Notes under the pieces: model-generated
Seen by the model: only the letters and a program-made list of their open reading frames with translations
What the model was told of the DNA's origin: nothing
The model's database searches: none
Assembly: GCA_051362555.1 (NCBI GenBank)
Contig: CM120642.1
Span: 28,582,001-28,646,000 of the forward strand
Direction of reading: 5' to 3'
Source: Lingula anatina
Taxonomy: Eukaryota; Animalia; Brachiopoda
Length of the DNA: 64,000 nucleotides
Shown: in pieces, positions 48,392 through 61,981 of the stretch
How positions within the stretch are numbered: the first letter of the stretch is position 1
Layout: the number at the start of each line of letters is the position of its first letter
Position numbers and translations under genes: made by a program

Positions 48392-49650
48392 TTGCTGATG
48401 TTTTTGTTGTTGTATATATTTAATGTTTTTGTCTTAAAAACAATTAGCATTTCATGTACATAAATTTTTTGTCAGCGGTGATGGTGGGTTTTAAGTTGTT
48501 TGTTAAATATTGCCTAAAAAAGTCAACAAAGAAACGGTGCTGATACATGTAGTTGCAACATTCATTGTTATATATTTGTTTTTAAATTGTTAAAATTAAG
48601 TGAATCAAGTGGCTCAGTTCATTGCCAGAAATCAGAAAAACTAATCAGAGTGCAACAATGGAACAAAATGTTACTTAAAAGTTATATTTTTTATAGAAGT
48701 GTCAGTTTTGAGATATGGAAATAAAACACTACAAATTACAAACTTTGAAACTTATAGATTTTTGTGTAATACTTCATTTTATGTTACAAATCTACAGTTG
48801 GATAGTTTTAAAATCAAATCATAATCAATGAATAAAGACAAATAGAATTGTTTATCTATAACTCAATCTTTACGAAAGAAGAAAAAATTAACTGATTAAG
48901 CTAAGAATATTCTACTTTATGGCAAGGTAGGGGTTGAGTTGTTTGTCATCTGCCAGTTGGCAGCCTTCGAGCAACCTCCATGTGAGCTATATGCCATATT
49001 GAAAAAAAAATCATAGATAGTGAATTTATTAACATATTTTAGGAACTATACCCACATTTAACAACTCCACAGAATGTATCTACTACTACAGTATATTGTC
49101 TCTCACATAAAGAAAAAATTGACTCAGATTTTATATCAGCAGTGTGGTATTCAGTACAAGACAGTGTCAGTGCAGGTTAATATGATGGGTCTGATGGCCA
49201 GAGGGCAGCACATGATAGTATCAGTGTAAAGTTGTCCACCTTGGCCAAACGCCCCTCAAGCCGACATTGATTTATATCAGTATGGACATATAGGGTTACA
49301 TTCCCAATGAAACTATTGTTCTAAGTAATTCTTAGTAACTCCTGGGGACTCTCACTGAATTCAATCAGATTAACACACATCTGCTTGTGTCCAACGTACT
49401 CGTAAAATCACCAGCTTTTCTATATTCTACTCAATACCAGGAAGAGGCATGTTAATATTTTAATCTGATTGCATTGAAGCAGTGAAATTCCCTGCTGAGT
49501 TGGGTTGATCTACGTAGAACACAAGTTTCATTGGGAAAGAGCCCTAAGTGACAAAGGAATCTACATAATATATATACATTGTTAGAAATGCTTTTAAGTC
49601 ATATTTTCTGTAGACTGACCATTACTTTCGGAAAAGTTGAGGATAGAAGT

Positions 49651-51391
49651 ATGGTTCACAGAAATCTGCTGTATGGCTTGGCTGGTGCACTGGTGCTGAT
49701 GGCGCTCTTGATAATGGTAAGTTCTGGCTGGTGGAATGAGAATCATCCTTTCCTTTTCAGATCACTTTTGATTCTTGTGCAATGTTTGATGATTTTATGG
49801 GTAAGTTTGACTGAAGATGATGTTGAGTTCTTTCGAGATAATACCACACCACATTTTGGCTGTTTATTTGACTGGTGATAAGGTGTTTTTGGTGATGGAT
49901 ATATTGGAAGGTCTTTCATTCAGGTGTTACTTTGCAGGAAGTTAGAAGAAGTCAGATCTGTGTATTGTTACAACAGTTGGCTGTGTGATTTGTATGCAAA
50001 TTTGGGTTGTAGAGGCTTACAAAGTTTCTTATGAATTATGAATTTGATTATAAACTGTATTTGGATCAAGTGGATCTTTTGTTACCTTTAACGATGCACA
50101 GATTAGATAAATTTTAAAATGGAATTATGTTCACATTTTTTATCCTTGAGCTTAAATATTTTATATTTTAAGTGATGGTCACAACATTTCTGGCTTATTT
50201 GAAAGTTTTCTTCTAGTGAACTGAAGATGGGATAGTTGTCACTTAAGTGACATGGTGACGTTTTGAAATGAGCTCAGATATATGTTTGTTTAGAAATCCA
50301 GTAATTTGAAAAAAAGCAGTGATTTTGTACTTTTTCAAAATTGTTCAATTACTAAACATATCATAGTATTCTAAGTGTTCAAAATAGTTGTAATACTCAT
50401 GTTCTTTCAGCTGCCAAAGAAGTTTGAAATGCTGAAGACAAATGGTGAACCAAACCATTTACCAGAACCAGCCAGTAAAAATAACCAGCATCAGACAGAG
50501 GTCTCAAGGGATCATCTGCATTTGGCACCATCTATTGACAACCCCCTGTCTCCTCCTTGTGGGGAAGTCTGTGATTTTTCCATCCACAAAAGCAAAGGAA
50601 TGTCTTTTGTCAAGAAGAATTTTAATTGTCGTAACATATTTCTGAGACTTAAATACCCTCCTGGAAAAGTGTATAAACCACCTCTACGAGAGCCACCTAC
50701 AGAGCTTTTGGATGCGTTCACACAAAATGGAGACATGGCACTGGGATCTTTTTACATGGATGGCACAACGGCTTCTAAGGGCTCCGTGTTCAAGATAGAG
50801 GACATGAACAAATTAATCAAAGACGATAAAGAGCTAAAAATGATTGGAAGTTACGGAAAAGAGAGTGCAAAGTTTAAGAATGGTCTCAGCAAATACAAAT
50901 CTGAACTGACGGGCAAGTCTGGGATAGTGATTGGGAGTATTCGTCCTTGGATAGAAGTAATGCTCATAAACATGGGTGTCAAGCATGTGACAACAGTAGA
51001 TTATAATTCTGTCATATTTGAGCATCCTCAGATATCGTTTAAACTGATGCCAGACTTGGCAGACGAAAGTATAAAAAATCAGCCACCCCAGTTTGATTTT
51101 GCTGCATCATTTTCTTCCTTAGAACACTCAGGACTTGGTCGCTATGGCGACCCTATTAATCCATATGGTGATTTTGAAGCTGCAGCGCAAATATGGTGCA
51201 TGCTTAAGCCTGGTGGGTTATTTTTTCTTGGTGTTCCTGCTTCATTTGGAAAGAGAAAAGGGACGCTGGAGTATAATGCACATCGTATCTACGGTGAAGC
51301 TCGTATCGAGCAACTCACGGCAAACTTTGAGGAAATTTATAGGTTTCATACTGGTATTCACGGTGTATTTGTGTTGAGAAAGCGAGTGTGA
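49651..51391 (+). CDS. DUF268 family protein (class I SAM-methyltransferase-like fold), type II membrane anchor, ~348 aa
   Basis: Exon 49651-49716 (MVHRNLLYGLAGALVLMALLIM|gtaagt) joined in phase 0 to 50411-51391. Motifs VIGSIRPWIE, FDFAASFSSLEHSGLGRYGDPINPYGD, LKPGGLFFLGVP, NAHRIYG. Confidence 0.85.
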
Positions 51392-53141
51392 TCAGATCGC
51401 CCTGAGGTTCAGAGCCTGTATTGGAACCTCTCTGAATATCAGAGTAAACTGCATTAGATCAATGAATCTGTGAGTGGGGATTATTGATAATATATGGAAA
51501 TCATTGGCAAGGAGGAAGATGTACTCTTCATGCACATTAAATACAATAAAGTTATCTGGTTTGCAGAACTGAAAGTGGTGTGATACACCAAAAAGTAATT
51601 AAAAAGCAAAAAAAGTAAAATATGGATTTGATAGCATGGCGTCAAACCAGAAGTGATGAGGTGAACTGTCTCCTGTTTAAGTGGCTCTTGCTCCCCCTCA
51701 GGGACAACATTTATCATTATGCCTAACATGATACGACCAGATATGACTCCCATAATTTTAAACTCCCTCACTTCATCTCATAAGTTTTGATAGTATGTCG
51801 TCCAAATTTGCATAAGAATTTTGACATGTTACAGTTCTCTCACCAAGACTTGCGTCATAAAATATTTAATGCAAATGGTGATCTAAGTTAAGTATAATGT
51901 TATCTGGCATTTTTCACCTCAGCTATTTAGTTTGAAGAGTTGATATTTAACTGGTAGGTGCCCTTCTTCAGGTACTGAAAATAAAAGTTACTAATTTTAA
52001 CTGAAAAGGCCTATTAGTAACCTTTCCTTTTTATTTTATTTTACTTTATCATTATTATCATATTTTGTACTGGTGACAGTAAAATCATTTAGTTAAGTAA
52101 AATATGAAAAATTAAAGATATTATGTTGACAACCAGTGTTTATTTGAGAAAAGAAACAACTATGAATTGAATTGCCATGATAAATAACAAAATTTGATTT
52201 CTGACCTTGTTCTTTGGACATTTAACATCACAGCCAATGGAGAGTAAAAACATAAGTCAACAAGATGTATTTTTAGAATTGTACAAACAAAAAAATATTT
52301 TAATCTAATTAAAATGAGTGAAAGCTATAACAAAAAATGTATATATAAAATGAACAAAAATAATAAAATAATACTGTATATTATACTAAACTATGCATTA
52401 TTAACCAAAGTTACACTCTGAAATTCATAATTATAATGTTTACACTGCAAGGGTGCTAAATGCCCCTGAAAATGATCTCTTCTCATCTAATCTCGCAGTT
52501 GTTACAAAATGCTGCATTCCTGTGGTCTTTTTTTTTGCATATATTTAACCCAAATTCAAAGACTCATCCATCACTTATAAATGGGTAAATAAAATACAGA
52601 TATATTTCTAACAGGGGATGCTAAATAAAATGCACATGCTGGCATGACCCTGGAGTTGTGCCAACTCTTCTAAAAAGTCACCATTTCACTGAGGGTGTTT
52701 CCATCACCATGGAAGAATTAGCTCATCATCAGACAATTCCATGGTATGGGTACTGTCCAAAGGAGATTTAAAATTTTGATTTGTCATATTCCCATTCTAC
52801 TCATTTTTAACTACCAGTAACTAGGGAACTAACTTCCTTAGAAATCCAATGTAAACCTGGGCCAATATGACCCATTATCCCCTCAGTATAAATAATAAAG
52901 ACAAGTGAAAGTGCTATCTGCCACTTGTATAGAGGCACAGCACAACTAATATGTGCTGTTCACTAAATATCAATGTTCTATTTATAGTCTTCTATTTACG
53001 ACTTCATGCTATTTATTGTTAACTTTCATAAACCCAAAATATAAATGAAATCAGAGCATTGCACAGTCAATAAAAGAGAAGTTTTGTACCACGTAAATAT
53101 CAATTAAAGAAATGAAAAAACAAAAACAGAGATCTGCAGTA

Positions 53142-56100
53142 TCATAGACTAATCTCCATTATGGCATTTTCCTGCAGGCTGTTCACTTTCTGATCTTTCC
53201 TGTCTATTTTTGGGGTCACATGCAGATCAGCCACAATGGCCGAGTCACTATTTCCATCATTCCCTATAGTCAGGGCATCCTCTACCTTCAGGGATTGCCT
53301 CAGGTTGGTCTTGGCGGCACCGCCAGTTTTGATATTGTCATGTGTCATGGCTACTGTTGTGGGTGCCGTTGTACAGGTCGTGAAAGTACTGTAACTGTCA
53401 AAGACACTATCTCCATTGCTTTGGTAATGGGTGGGGCTGCTGTCTGAAGTCATGCTTCCCATTTTTGCAGTAAAGTTTCTAGAAGTTTTTCGCCTGAGAA
53501 GATTTTGGGGTGTGTCGTCTGCAGCAAAAGGTGGTGACCTCTGGTGGTACTGGCTGGCTTTATCCTGCAGATGTTTATGTAGCTGACGAATATGATCTTC
53601 CTTCTGCAAAATATAGCAAATACTTTATAAGCCAATTATATGATGCAACTTTCTGAATAGTAATGCTCGTTTTAATCAATCCCTGCTTTAAATTTGTGTC
53701 ATAATAGAAATTACTCTTTTGAAAAAAAAAATTCATTTGCTGATTTTTTTTCACACTTCTTAGGACAAATTTATCTGACATGTGTTCCATATTCTAGACT
53801 ACCTCTGATATTGCTTTCTTAAGATCCTCGTTATCTGTGACTAGCTGGTTGTATCTGCCCTCATCTTCTTGAACCACAGTAGCATCTGTCAAGGAGACAT
53901 TCTCAGCTCCATCTCGGGGGTTCCTTATTATTTCTATAATCTGCAAAATGTTTTGAAAAATTGACAGAAGTGACAGAAGCTGGACTGACTTTTGAACGGA
54001 ATGTTTAGAAAGTATTCACATCATAGAAAATTTTGTACTTTTTTGCAACATTCTCCACATGGGCCCTTGAGAATTAAAAGAAATACAAATTTTAAGTAAA
54101 AAATTCATAAAGATCATTGTCAAACTGAAATGGAGAATGAGGTTAAGAAATCTTTAAAAAATGCAAAATTAATTTGACTTTCTGGTGGTAAAACTTAACA
54201 AATATATATGAATTGTCAAGTGAAACAGTCCAATAAACTGGCAGTTAAAGTTAATATAAAACAGATAATTGTTAAAGTTACTTCCACCAGTAAAGAACTT
54301 CACATGTACATGTAGATAATTTCATTGCATATGCCATATACAGTTACACCACAAATTAAAACAATCAGATATCTAACAATGTCCACTCAGTGAAATCACC
54401 TTAAAACCAAGCTCACCTTTGGTACAAAAATCAGCCCCATGGATAGAAAAGAACACAATATGATTGCTATGGAGACAAAGGCAAAGCTGGCATCAGGCTG
54501 GCTACGTATGACAAGTGTCACTGGACCTGTGATAAGACTGACCACCTAGATTGGATAAAGAGTTTATTCAGCCATTGATATACAAATATAATTCACATAT
54601 AATAACAGAAATCAGATTGCTATTCAGATAAAATGTATAAAGTATAAGGTAACAATATAGTTTATTAAAATATGGTTACTAAAAATTCTATTTTTTTCTT
54701 TTTTGATGTTGTTGTTGTTGTTGTTACTTCTATTGAAATAATTTACTACATATAAGCAGTCTACATAATTATGTTGACAGCCAGAACACAGCATACACTG
54801 AATCGTGAATACAAACAGGACAATCATTTTAGATGAAGTCAAATATAGTAGACTTTTATCAAATATACCAATTTCATGCGTAGTCACTGTTTTAAAAAGT
54901 CAGTATCCGTAGAAGCAGCTACCCTGTTCAGAAATATTAAAAATTCCACTTTTATTATAGCCTGCTAATAAAATTGAATAAATGTCAGAATGAGTAATGA
55001 AATTAGGCAGTAATTCAATGAGAAGCATGTCTACCCACCACAACATTATAGATACTCATTCCAATAAAGCGAGAGTCATTCACTTGTTTCATCTTTATAC
55101 TCCTCGTTTCATAGGCAAGAAATAGTCCAAATAGAAGTAGAAGGCCTTTGTATCCAAACACAACACCTGAAAAAGAAAAAAAAAACACTGCCTTATACTG
55201 AAGTGCAAAATATCAAAAGAAGAAAATACTGTTGGTCATTCAATATCTGTTCCTTTGTCTGATATCTATACTCTTACATGTGGTGAATTCAGGGTTTAAA
55301 GAATTTGCCTTAACACACTACCAACACGGCCTATCTCAATGCAGTCTCCCTACACACACTTAGTACAACATACATATGTAATGAACATAGTGTCACACCT
55401 AAAAAATATCACTCCAGACAAACTGTCAAACCTAACACTCTGTCATCGCAAACATAAAACACATTGTCATACCTTATAAATTACCACGCCTAACATGTTG
55501 TTGAAGGTTGCACATTGTCACACCTAACACACTGTAACAACAAACACATTGTCACACCTAACACACTGTAACAGCAAACACATTGTCACACCTAACACAC
55601 TGTAACAACAAACACATTGTCACACCTAACACAATCACACTTTACATCATATCCTACCTATCCATATCATAAAGTGGTGTGATTCACAGTGCTCCAGCTG
55701 TGGCAATATCTTCACATCTTTGTGGATATCTGGAGGGTCTTCCTGGGGGAAATCTTCCAGCTCTCTGTACAGAGGATCCAGCACCTGCCACACAGTGAGA
55801 GCAGCCAGGTCCAGAACCAGGATGACGATGAGGACAATGTGGAGCTCCCACTCCTTCATTAACTGAAACATGTTAAATTATATGTGTACATACATCATCT
55901 TAGATTATTCAAATTTTAAAATAATTTGTTTGAAAGAGATTATCATGAACTGAAAAGGTCAGATAATGTACCAATATATCAATCTATGTTTTGTAAAGTC
56001 AAAAACGTTGTTCAAATTAATAAAATAAAGCCTTCAAAGTTTCTCATTATATACTACAGCACTGTTTTGAGACACACTGAGCTATCAAATAAGGATAAGA

Positions 56101-58880
56101 AGAAAAGAATTAAATCATTTGGAGATGTGTGTAACATGTGTCATAAACCAGTTTGTTAGTGACAAAGTGATATGTCAATTAAGTGACGTGTCAAGGACAA
56201 AGTGTCCTCACCTCTCCCTCTTTCTTCCCCCTGGTGGTCCACCTGTGAACTGCAGAGATCTTGGAGAACATGGAGCCATAGCCGAGAAGGAAGCCAATAG
56301 ACAGTAGCCACAGTCTGGCCTGGGGATAAAGAAGATTCAACAATTCTTTAGCCAAGTTATTATAGACTGACCGCAGTTCCAGTGTAAAAAAGCATTTTGC
56401 TGACTAATTTGCTTAGTCAGTGGCTCATGGGCCTATAACAAAGGTGAAGCTCTAAGATAACTTCCAGCAGAGCCTGCAGACAAGAGGATCACAGCTAAAA
56501 TAGTATTATAGAGACTGAAAAGTACTTTTGTTGCTCTGTTTTACATGTGAGATAAACTGGTCCTATATCGATTCCAAATACAAGATTTTGTGACTAATTT
56601 AACTTACATGTTTCAGGCTACATATTAAGTATATTGAGTATATGAATGCATCCTTCCAGTATAAAAAAGTATTATCCCTACCTGGCACATCTGAGGGAAA
56701 ACCTCAGGTGGAATAAACTGTCCGTCCAGTCCTTGTAGGAAGACACAAAACAGGCAGATCATACAGCCTATCACAGTGATGTTGTTCACGTCTGGGTGGG
56801 ACATACGGATCAACCTGAAAGACACAGCAACTAATGGAGAAAACAGGACACCAATGCCATCTGGTGGACAATAGGTGAATTACTCATTACAGCGCAAAAA
56901 CTCACACAGAGACTTTTAAATAATTTCCACTAGAGCATTTGAAAAACGAGACTGATAACAGTTACTGTGGTACTGAGAGAGAGAATAAAAAAGTCATCAA
57001 ATATTCTTCTTTTGCTTCCTTCTGCTTGTCTTTGCTTGTTTTTGATTTTCAGTTTCATTCTAAATGCTCTACATGTGCACATACCTACGATGTCTGTGTT
57101 TATAGTTGAACAGCAGGCAGCCGACGCCCACGAGGATCCCCAGTGCAGCAAACACTGATATGGCGATATACGTCCCCACTGACAGCACTCTGAGTGTGGG
57201 CTCCAATAGTGTCCTGTCTGCAGGAGGCTGGCCATCTGAAAGTTTTGAAAATAAGTCAGCAAAGCTGTCAAATGGACAGAAATGTACAGACAAAAAGCAG
57301 AAAATAATGATGCACATAAAAGGTTATTATGATGCAATAATACATTAGGCCTAACAGCAAAGTCAGTGCCAAATGTCAACTATGCCCGTCCTTTAGTATA
57401 AAAAAAATATATATATAAAAACGTGGAGGTATTTTTTTAAATGCACAACACCGCATCCATTGTCTTTAACTTATTTACCTGGTTTCTTACATTTTATGAT
57501 ATGTGAACATAAAGTTACAATGAATAAGGATTCTTTAAATATTAAGACAAGAAATATCCCTAAAATGTCCCTTTCCTAATTTTTGTCCATATGTCAGCCA
57601 TGAAATCAAAAGTTGTGACTCACCAATCCATTGTTCGATATTGTACCAGATCAGCTTGTCTGCTACATAATCATAGAAACCAGTCTTATTGTAGATACCA
57701 CCTGCAAGGGAGAATACAATGGGCTTTGTGCACAGGTCAATACCAGGTGAGAGTTCAAATTTAAGAAATTGAAACTTTATCCAGTTATGTTCGATTTTGA
57801 AATTCAAGCTCTTTCATACATAATTTCATCTAATTCTGTAGCCTGTTTTACGTACCAACCATCTGTTCTATCTGGACCCATGCTATTCGGTCACCTTCAG
57901 AGGTGAAAGAGACTGGACCCTGGAATGGAATGTTCACATTGGTTAAAGGACAGTAAAACAGCTGATTACCCCACAAAACCAATCACTGCTACTGATATTA
58001 TTCATGATACGATTTTATGTACACTGAAGTGATACTTGAAAAGAAAAACAATTTGTTGCAAATTTTCTTTCAGCATTGATGATGAAACAACTAGCTAATA
58101 CAATCTATTAGACTAAGTCCCTTAATGCTTGGGCCATAGACAAGTTGTTACGTGAAAATGTACTCATCATCTGAAAGTCAGCCAACAACAGCTAGTACTT
58201 GTTCCTGTGAAATGTACTGTACAAAGTTGATTTTGGAAAACAACAACCAGCATTCATTCTTCCACTTACCGAGACTCCAAGAAAGTTAGTAGAGTTCATG
58301 GCATTGTAAATCTCTTCCATTATTTCTCTTTTTGAATACTCAAAATCTTCAAGTTTCAGACCCTTTGCAGCAAGCCTGGATAACAAACAACATCAGCATA
58401 TATTGTGCTGCCACCTACTGGTTGCCTATGGACATTATGATGAACAAAACCATTCGCTGACTGTCCAAAATGTTAGGAAACACATTTTTTGTTTCAAAAT
58501 TGAAGATTAAACATCAGACAGATTTTTACTATCATACCAGGTACGTTGAATAAATATATTATTTGCTATATATAATGTCATTAAATAGTATCTATTTACT
58601 TTCTTGAAATAGTGAATGATAACATCTATTTCAAGTTGCAATGAATATGTAGTCAAGTGACTTTTAATATTAAGCTATAAAAGCACATGATGCTGTAGCT
58701 GATCAAAGGATTGTGATCTTTTGGAAAAGAGTCAAGTATTGTAACTATCTATTCAAGGCTCTATAATCAAAGGAAACAAGTGAGTACATGTGTATGTGCA
58801 TGCATGCACCTGAAATCATAAGCCAACAGCACCTGTGTGTGTGTGCGTGTGTACGCACGCGTGCGTGTGGGTGTATTCAC

Positions 58881-58917
<37 letters not shown>

Positions 58918-61553
58918 CATGCATGCATGTATGCGTGTGTGTTCCATGTGTTACCTTGGTATTGTCTTATTAAAGGCAAAAGCCAGTGCCCAAATGGCGT
59001 CATAAGCCAGGGGAGCCTCTGGATAACCCTCTGTGTCAGAGGGAGCCTTTCCAATCCTCTTTTTCAGCTCGTCTTCAAACTCTTGAGCTGTCTGAAACAA
59101 CAGTGCACCAGCTAAACTTCAACAATCTTAAGTCAAATTCATAATCCTTCGTGAAAATATCTCATTTTACAAACCTTGTTTAGATAACTTTGATTCTCTG
59201 TAAAATATCAATTGAATTCTGAAGATGATATCAGGAAATAAATAATTAAATAATACATCTAGAACAATTTCAATAGAAATAGACAAAGGATAAAATGTTA
59301 CAGTTGTTTTCAACTGGATTATTCAATTGGACTTTCAAAATTTGTCAAAGTTTAACCTCACTTTTTATTTTGAAACACTTTGCACACTGAAAACTAAAAT
59401 GAAGCAGCTGACACACTGACGTCACACCTAACACATTCTACTTCTGATGGCACAATCCTTCTGATGTCACATCAAACACACTCATTGACTACTCACAATT
59501 CCAGCATCACTGACAACAGTTTTGTTTTGATTCAGCATCATGGCTTCTGTTGTGAAATGTCCCTCCAAGGCCTCTTGCAGTTGCTCAGCTGTACAATTCA
59601 CATTGGGGTCTGGTTTAAGATACCACTTATCTGGGTACCAACCAATTAGAAACCACACATACTTCTTACCATAGAGTTTTTCTTTGTAGACCTTAAATGA
59701 TAATAATAGAAATAACTATAAAATATTTCAATGACAGCACTGTCTATTCCATAGGTTTATATGTGGATGTAGCTGTACAAGAGACAAAATGATTTTTTTC
59801 AAAACTTCTCTAAAATCAAGCAAGGAAGAGAAGTGTTGGCAAACACTGAGAATTAAACAACTATTGTGTGATCTTTACCTCGCAAAACACTCTCCTGGCC
59901 ATATTTTCATAGAACACTCCAACAATTATTCGTGGGTCCTGTTTCTGAAATAAACATAACAAAGCACAATATAGATTCAATTGAGATTAAAGAATGCCTT
60001 TAAGTTGCTTAAACTGAAGCCTGTTACAAAATAAAATTGACTGGTTTTGAAATAAGCCCATAGAAGCTCACCAAAAAAATTCAATTGCACAGCAAAGTAA
60101 CATGTGAGGGAAATGATCAATAGCTTTCAGCATTGTTGAATCATCTATTCTGCGATGACTGTCAATTTTAAGTGCACCCTAAGCACGTAAGACATTTAAA
60201 ACTTTTAACGGAAAGGAAGAAATACTGAATCAGGCATAAATAGATTTAGGAGCAATGTTTATCACTATTGCAAGGAAGTGCCTGATTATAATACATAAGA
60301 ACAGCAAGGGGAGGAAGTGGACCCAGTCAAAATCCAGGTCTGCAGCCAGCAATTTCAAAGGGGGGTCTTTTCTGAACAAGTTTTAATTTTAAAGCAGACC
60401 ATTTTCTGTCAAAAAGGAGGGTTTGTTCTACCCCTCCCCCAACCCCCCTGAAATCAGTAAAATCAGTAAAAATGCTGGGTCTTTTCTCACATCACGACTG
60501 ATTCTGAAATGAATCAGAAAGAAATAAGAAAGTTTAGCATGTCCAAATGACAAGTTTTATGCTGACAGTTTGTTAGTCACAGCAAGATCCTCCAAACACC
60601 AAGTGGGAATTCAGCTGCCTTCATTACACAGTGGCTCTAATTTCCTCATCAATCTCACTAACCACTGCGACTCTCCGAGGAAAAAATAACTATTTCCTAA
60701 ATGAATTGGTTTTTAAAAAAGTCATCAGACCAAAAATGTCACTGTGAAAACAAGTCTGATTACTGGAATTATTGTCATTATCTGGTGAAGCCACCTTGTG
60801 TATACCTCTGGCAAGCTGACAGATCACCCTGAGAACCCTAACGTACCACAGAACACACAGAAGACACAATGACCCCATTCCCAGAGATTGGATCGATCCA
60901 AACTAGATCGACCTAACTCCCTGGGGGTTCACGCTAAATAGCTGTCAGTCGAGCGGGCACGAAAGTTAATTACCCCCCTACAGCTTGTAGTAGGCGGGAC
61001 GGACATTTAAGCCAGATTATCTGACAGTAATCTAGTGAGACAACCCATGGGGATAGATCGATCTAAATGTCTGGGAATACGCCCAATGTCTCTTTTGTCA
61101 GTCTGGTTTTGCTGCTGAAGTAAGGCTCTGTTCACAACCAAGTTGAGCTGCAACCTAACTGGGCCGTGCACTTGAAACATGCTGTGCATGCTGCATAATG
61201 ACTTCTCTGCTTTCCCATATGCATCATCCCTGCAGGGATTACATGGCATGTTTTCAAGTGGGTCGCACCATATTTGAGCTACAGCTCAGTCAGATCCACT
61301 CAACTTGATTGTGAACAGAGCCCAAGGTTGGTGATTAATAAATATGGTCTCTCTATTATCTTTCCAGTACTCTTTCATCTTTTTCAAACTTAAATTTCAT
61401 CCTTTGATCTCTCTGCATTATTCTCTCTGTACTTTCAGTGTTGTAATTTACCTTCAAATTTCTAACAGCAACGGCTGGGTTGGTAAGGAAGTCTTGCCGG
61501 ATGGCTATCTCTATTCCAGCTTTTCTGGCCCTTTCCTCCAAATCTTTCACAGT
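53142..61553 (-). CDS. GABBR1: GABA-B receptor subunit 1 (class C GPCR), 3' part; upstream exons lie beyond the window
   Basis: Exons 61553-61452, 59944-59879, 59691-59497, 59091-58955, 58375-58270, 57919-57856, 57701-57624, 57235-57085, 56814-56682, 56319-56212, 55862-55658, 55166-55039, 54545-54417, 53940-53803, 53603-53142. Motifs [84 protein letters not shown], and a C-terminal coiled coil; closest to invertebrate R1 as recalled. Confidence 0.92.
55511..55632. repeat. 34-bp minisatellite, ~3.6 copies
   Basis: CACATTGTCACACCTAACACACTGTAACAACAAA starts at 55511, 55545, 55579 and 55613; decayed units lie upstream. Confidence 0.9.
58785..58942. repeat. Compound (TG)n/(TGCA)n microsatellite
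   Basis: Alternating purine-pyrimidine tract. Similar (CA)n tracts occur at 3775-3862, 5440-5509 and 14589-14637. Confidence 0.9.
60871..61084. mobile_element. ~200-bp MITE (PIF/Harbinger-like), copy 2 of 3
   Basis: GACCCCATTCCCAGAGATTGGATCGATC ... GATCGATCTAAATGTCTGGGAATACGCC imperfect TIRs; homologous to 18325-18538 and 61782-61981. Confidence 0.75.
61124..61322. mobile_element. MITE with 24-bp TIRs (PIF/Harbinger-like)
   Basis: GGCTCTGTTCACAACCAAGTTGAG ... CTCAACTTGATTGTGAACAGAGCC (1 mismatch); flanks TAA / CAA. Confidence 0.8.
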
Positions 61554-61781
61554 CTGAAAAGAAGTAATAAATTGAAAGGGTCTTAATATGAACTGGATAA
61601 CATGCATTTCCTTTACTGCAGCCACAACAGGATTAGTTCATTTTCTTACTATACAGTAAGTACTAAGAGAGTGATGCATGAAGTTTCATGGAGACTGTTC
61701 ACAATGAATTTTGTTGACCATACTAATGCAAACTAACTCCACAGGTGCTGTGGCCAAATGCAATCAGATTAACGGGCTAAA

Positions 61782-61981
61782 GGTGTATTCCCAGAGATTT
61801 AGATCAACCTAACTCCCTGGGGGTTCACGCTAAATTGCAGTCAGCCGAGCGCGCACCATAGTTAATTACCCCTTTACAGCTTTTAGTAGGCGGAGCAGAC
61901 GCTTAAGACGGCTAAGCTGACAGTAATCTAGTGAGACTCCCCACAGGGATAGATCTATCTAAAATCTATGGAAATGGGGTC
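61782..61981. mobile_element. ~200-bp MITE (PIF/Harbinger-like), copy 3 of 3
   Basis: Direct homologue of 60871-61084. Confidence 0.75.

Larger units (their letters stand above)
32037..48960 (+). repeat. Copy 2 of the 1.4-kb duplication, split by two insertions (pieces 32037-32696, 38397-38437, 48264-48960)
   Basis: Colinear match to 30640-32029 once 32697-38396 and 38438-48263 are removed. Confidence 0.88.
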
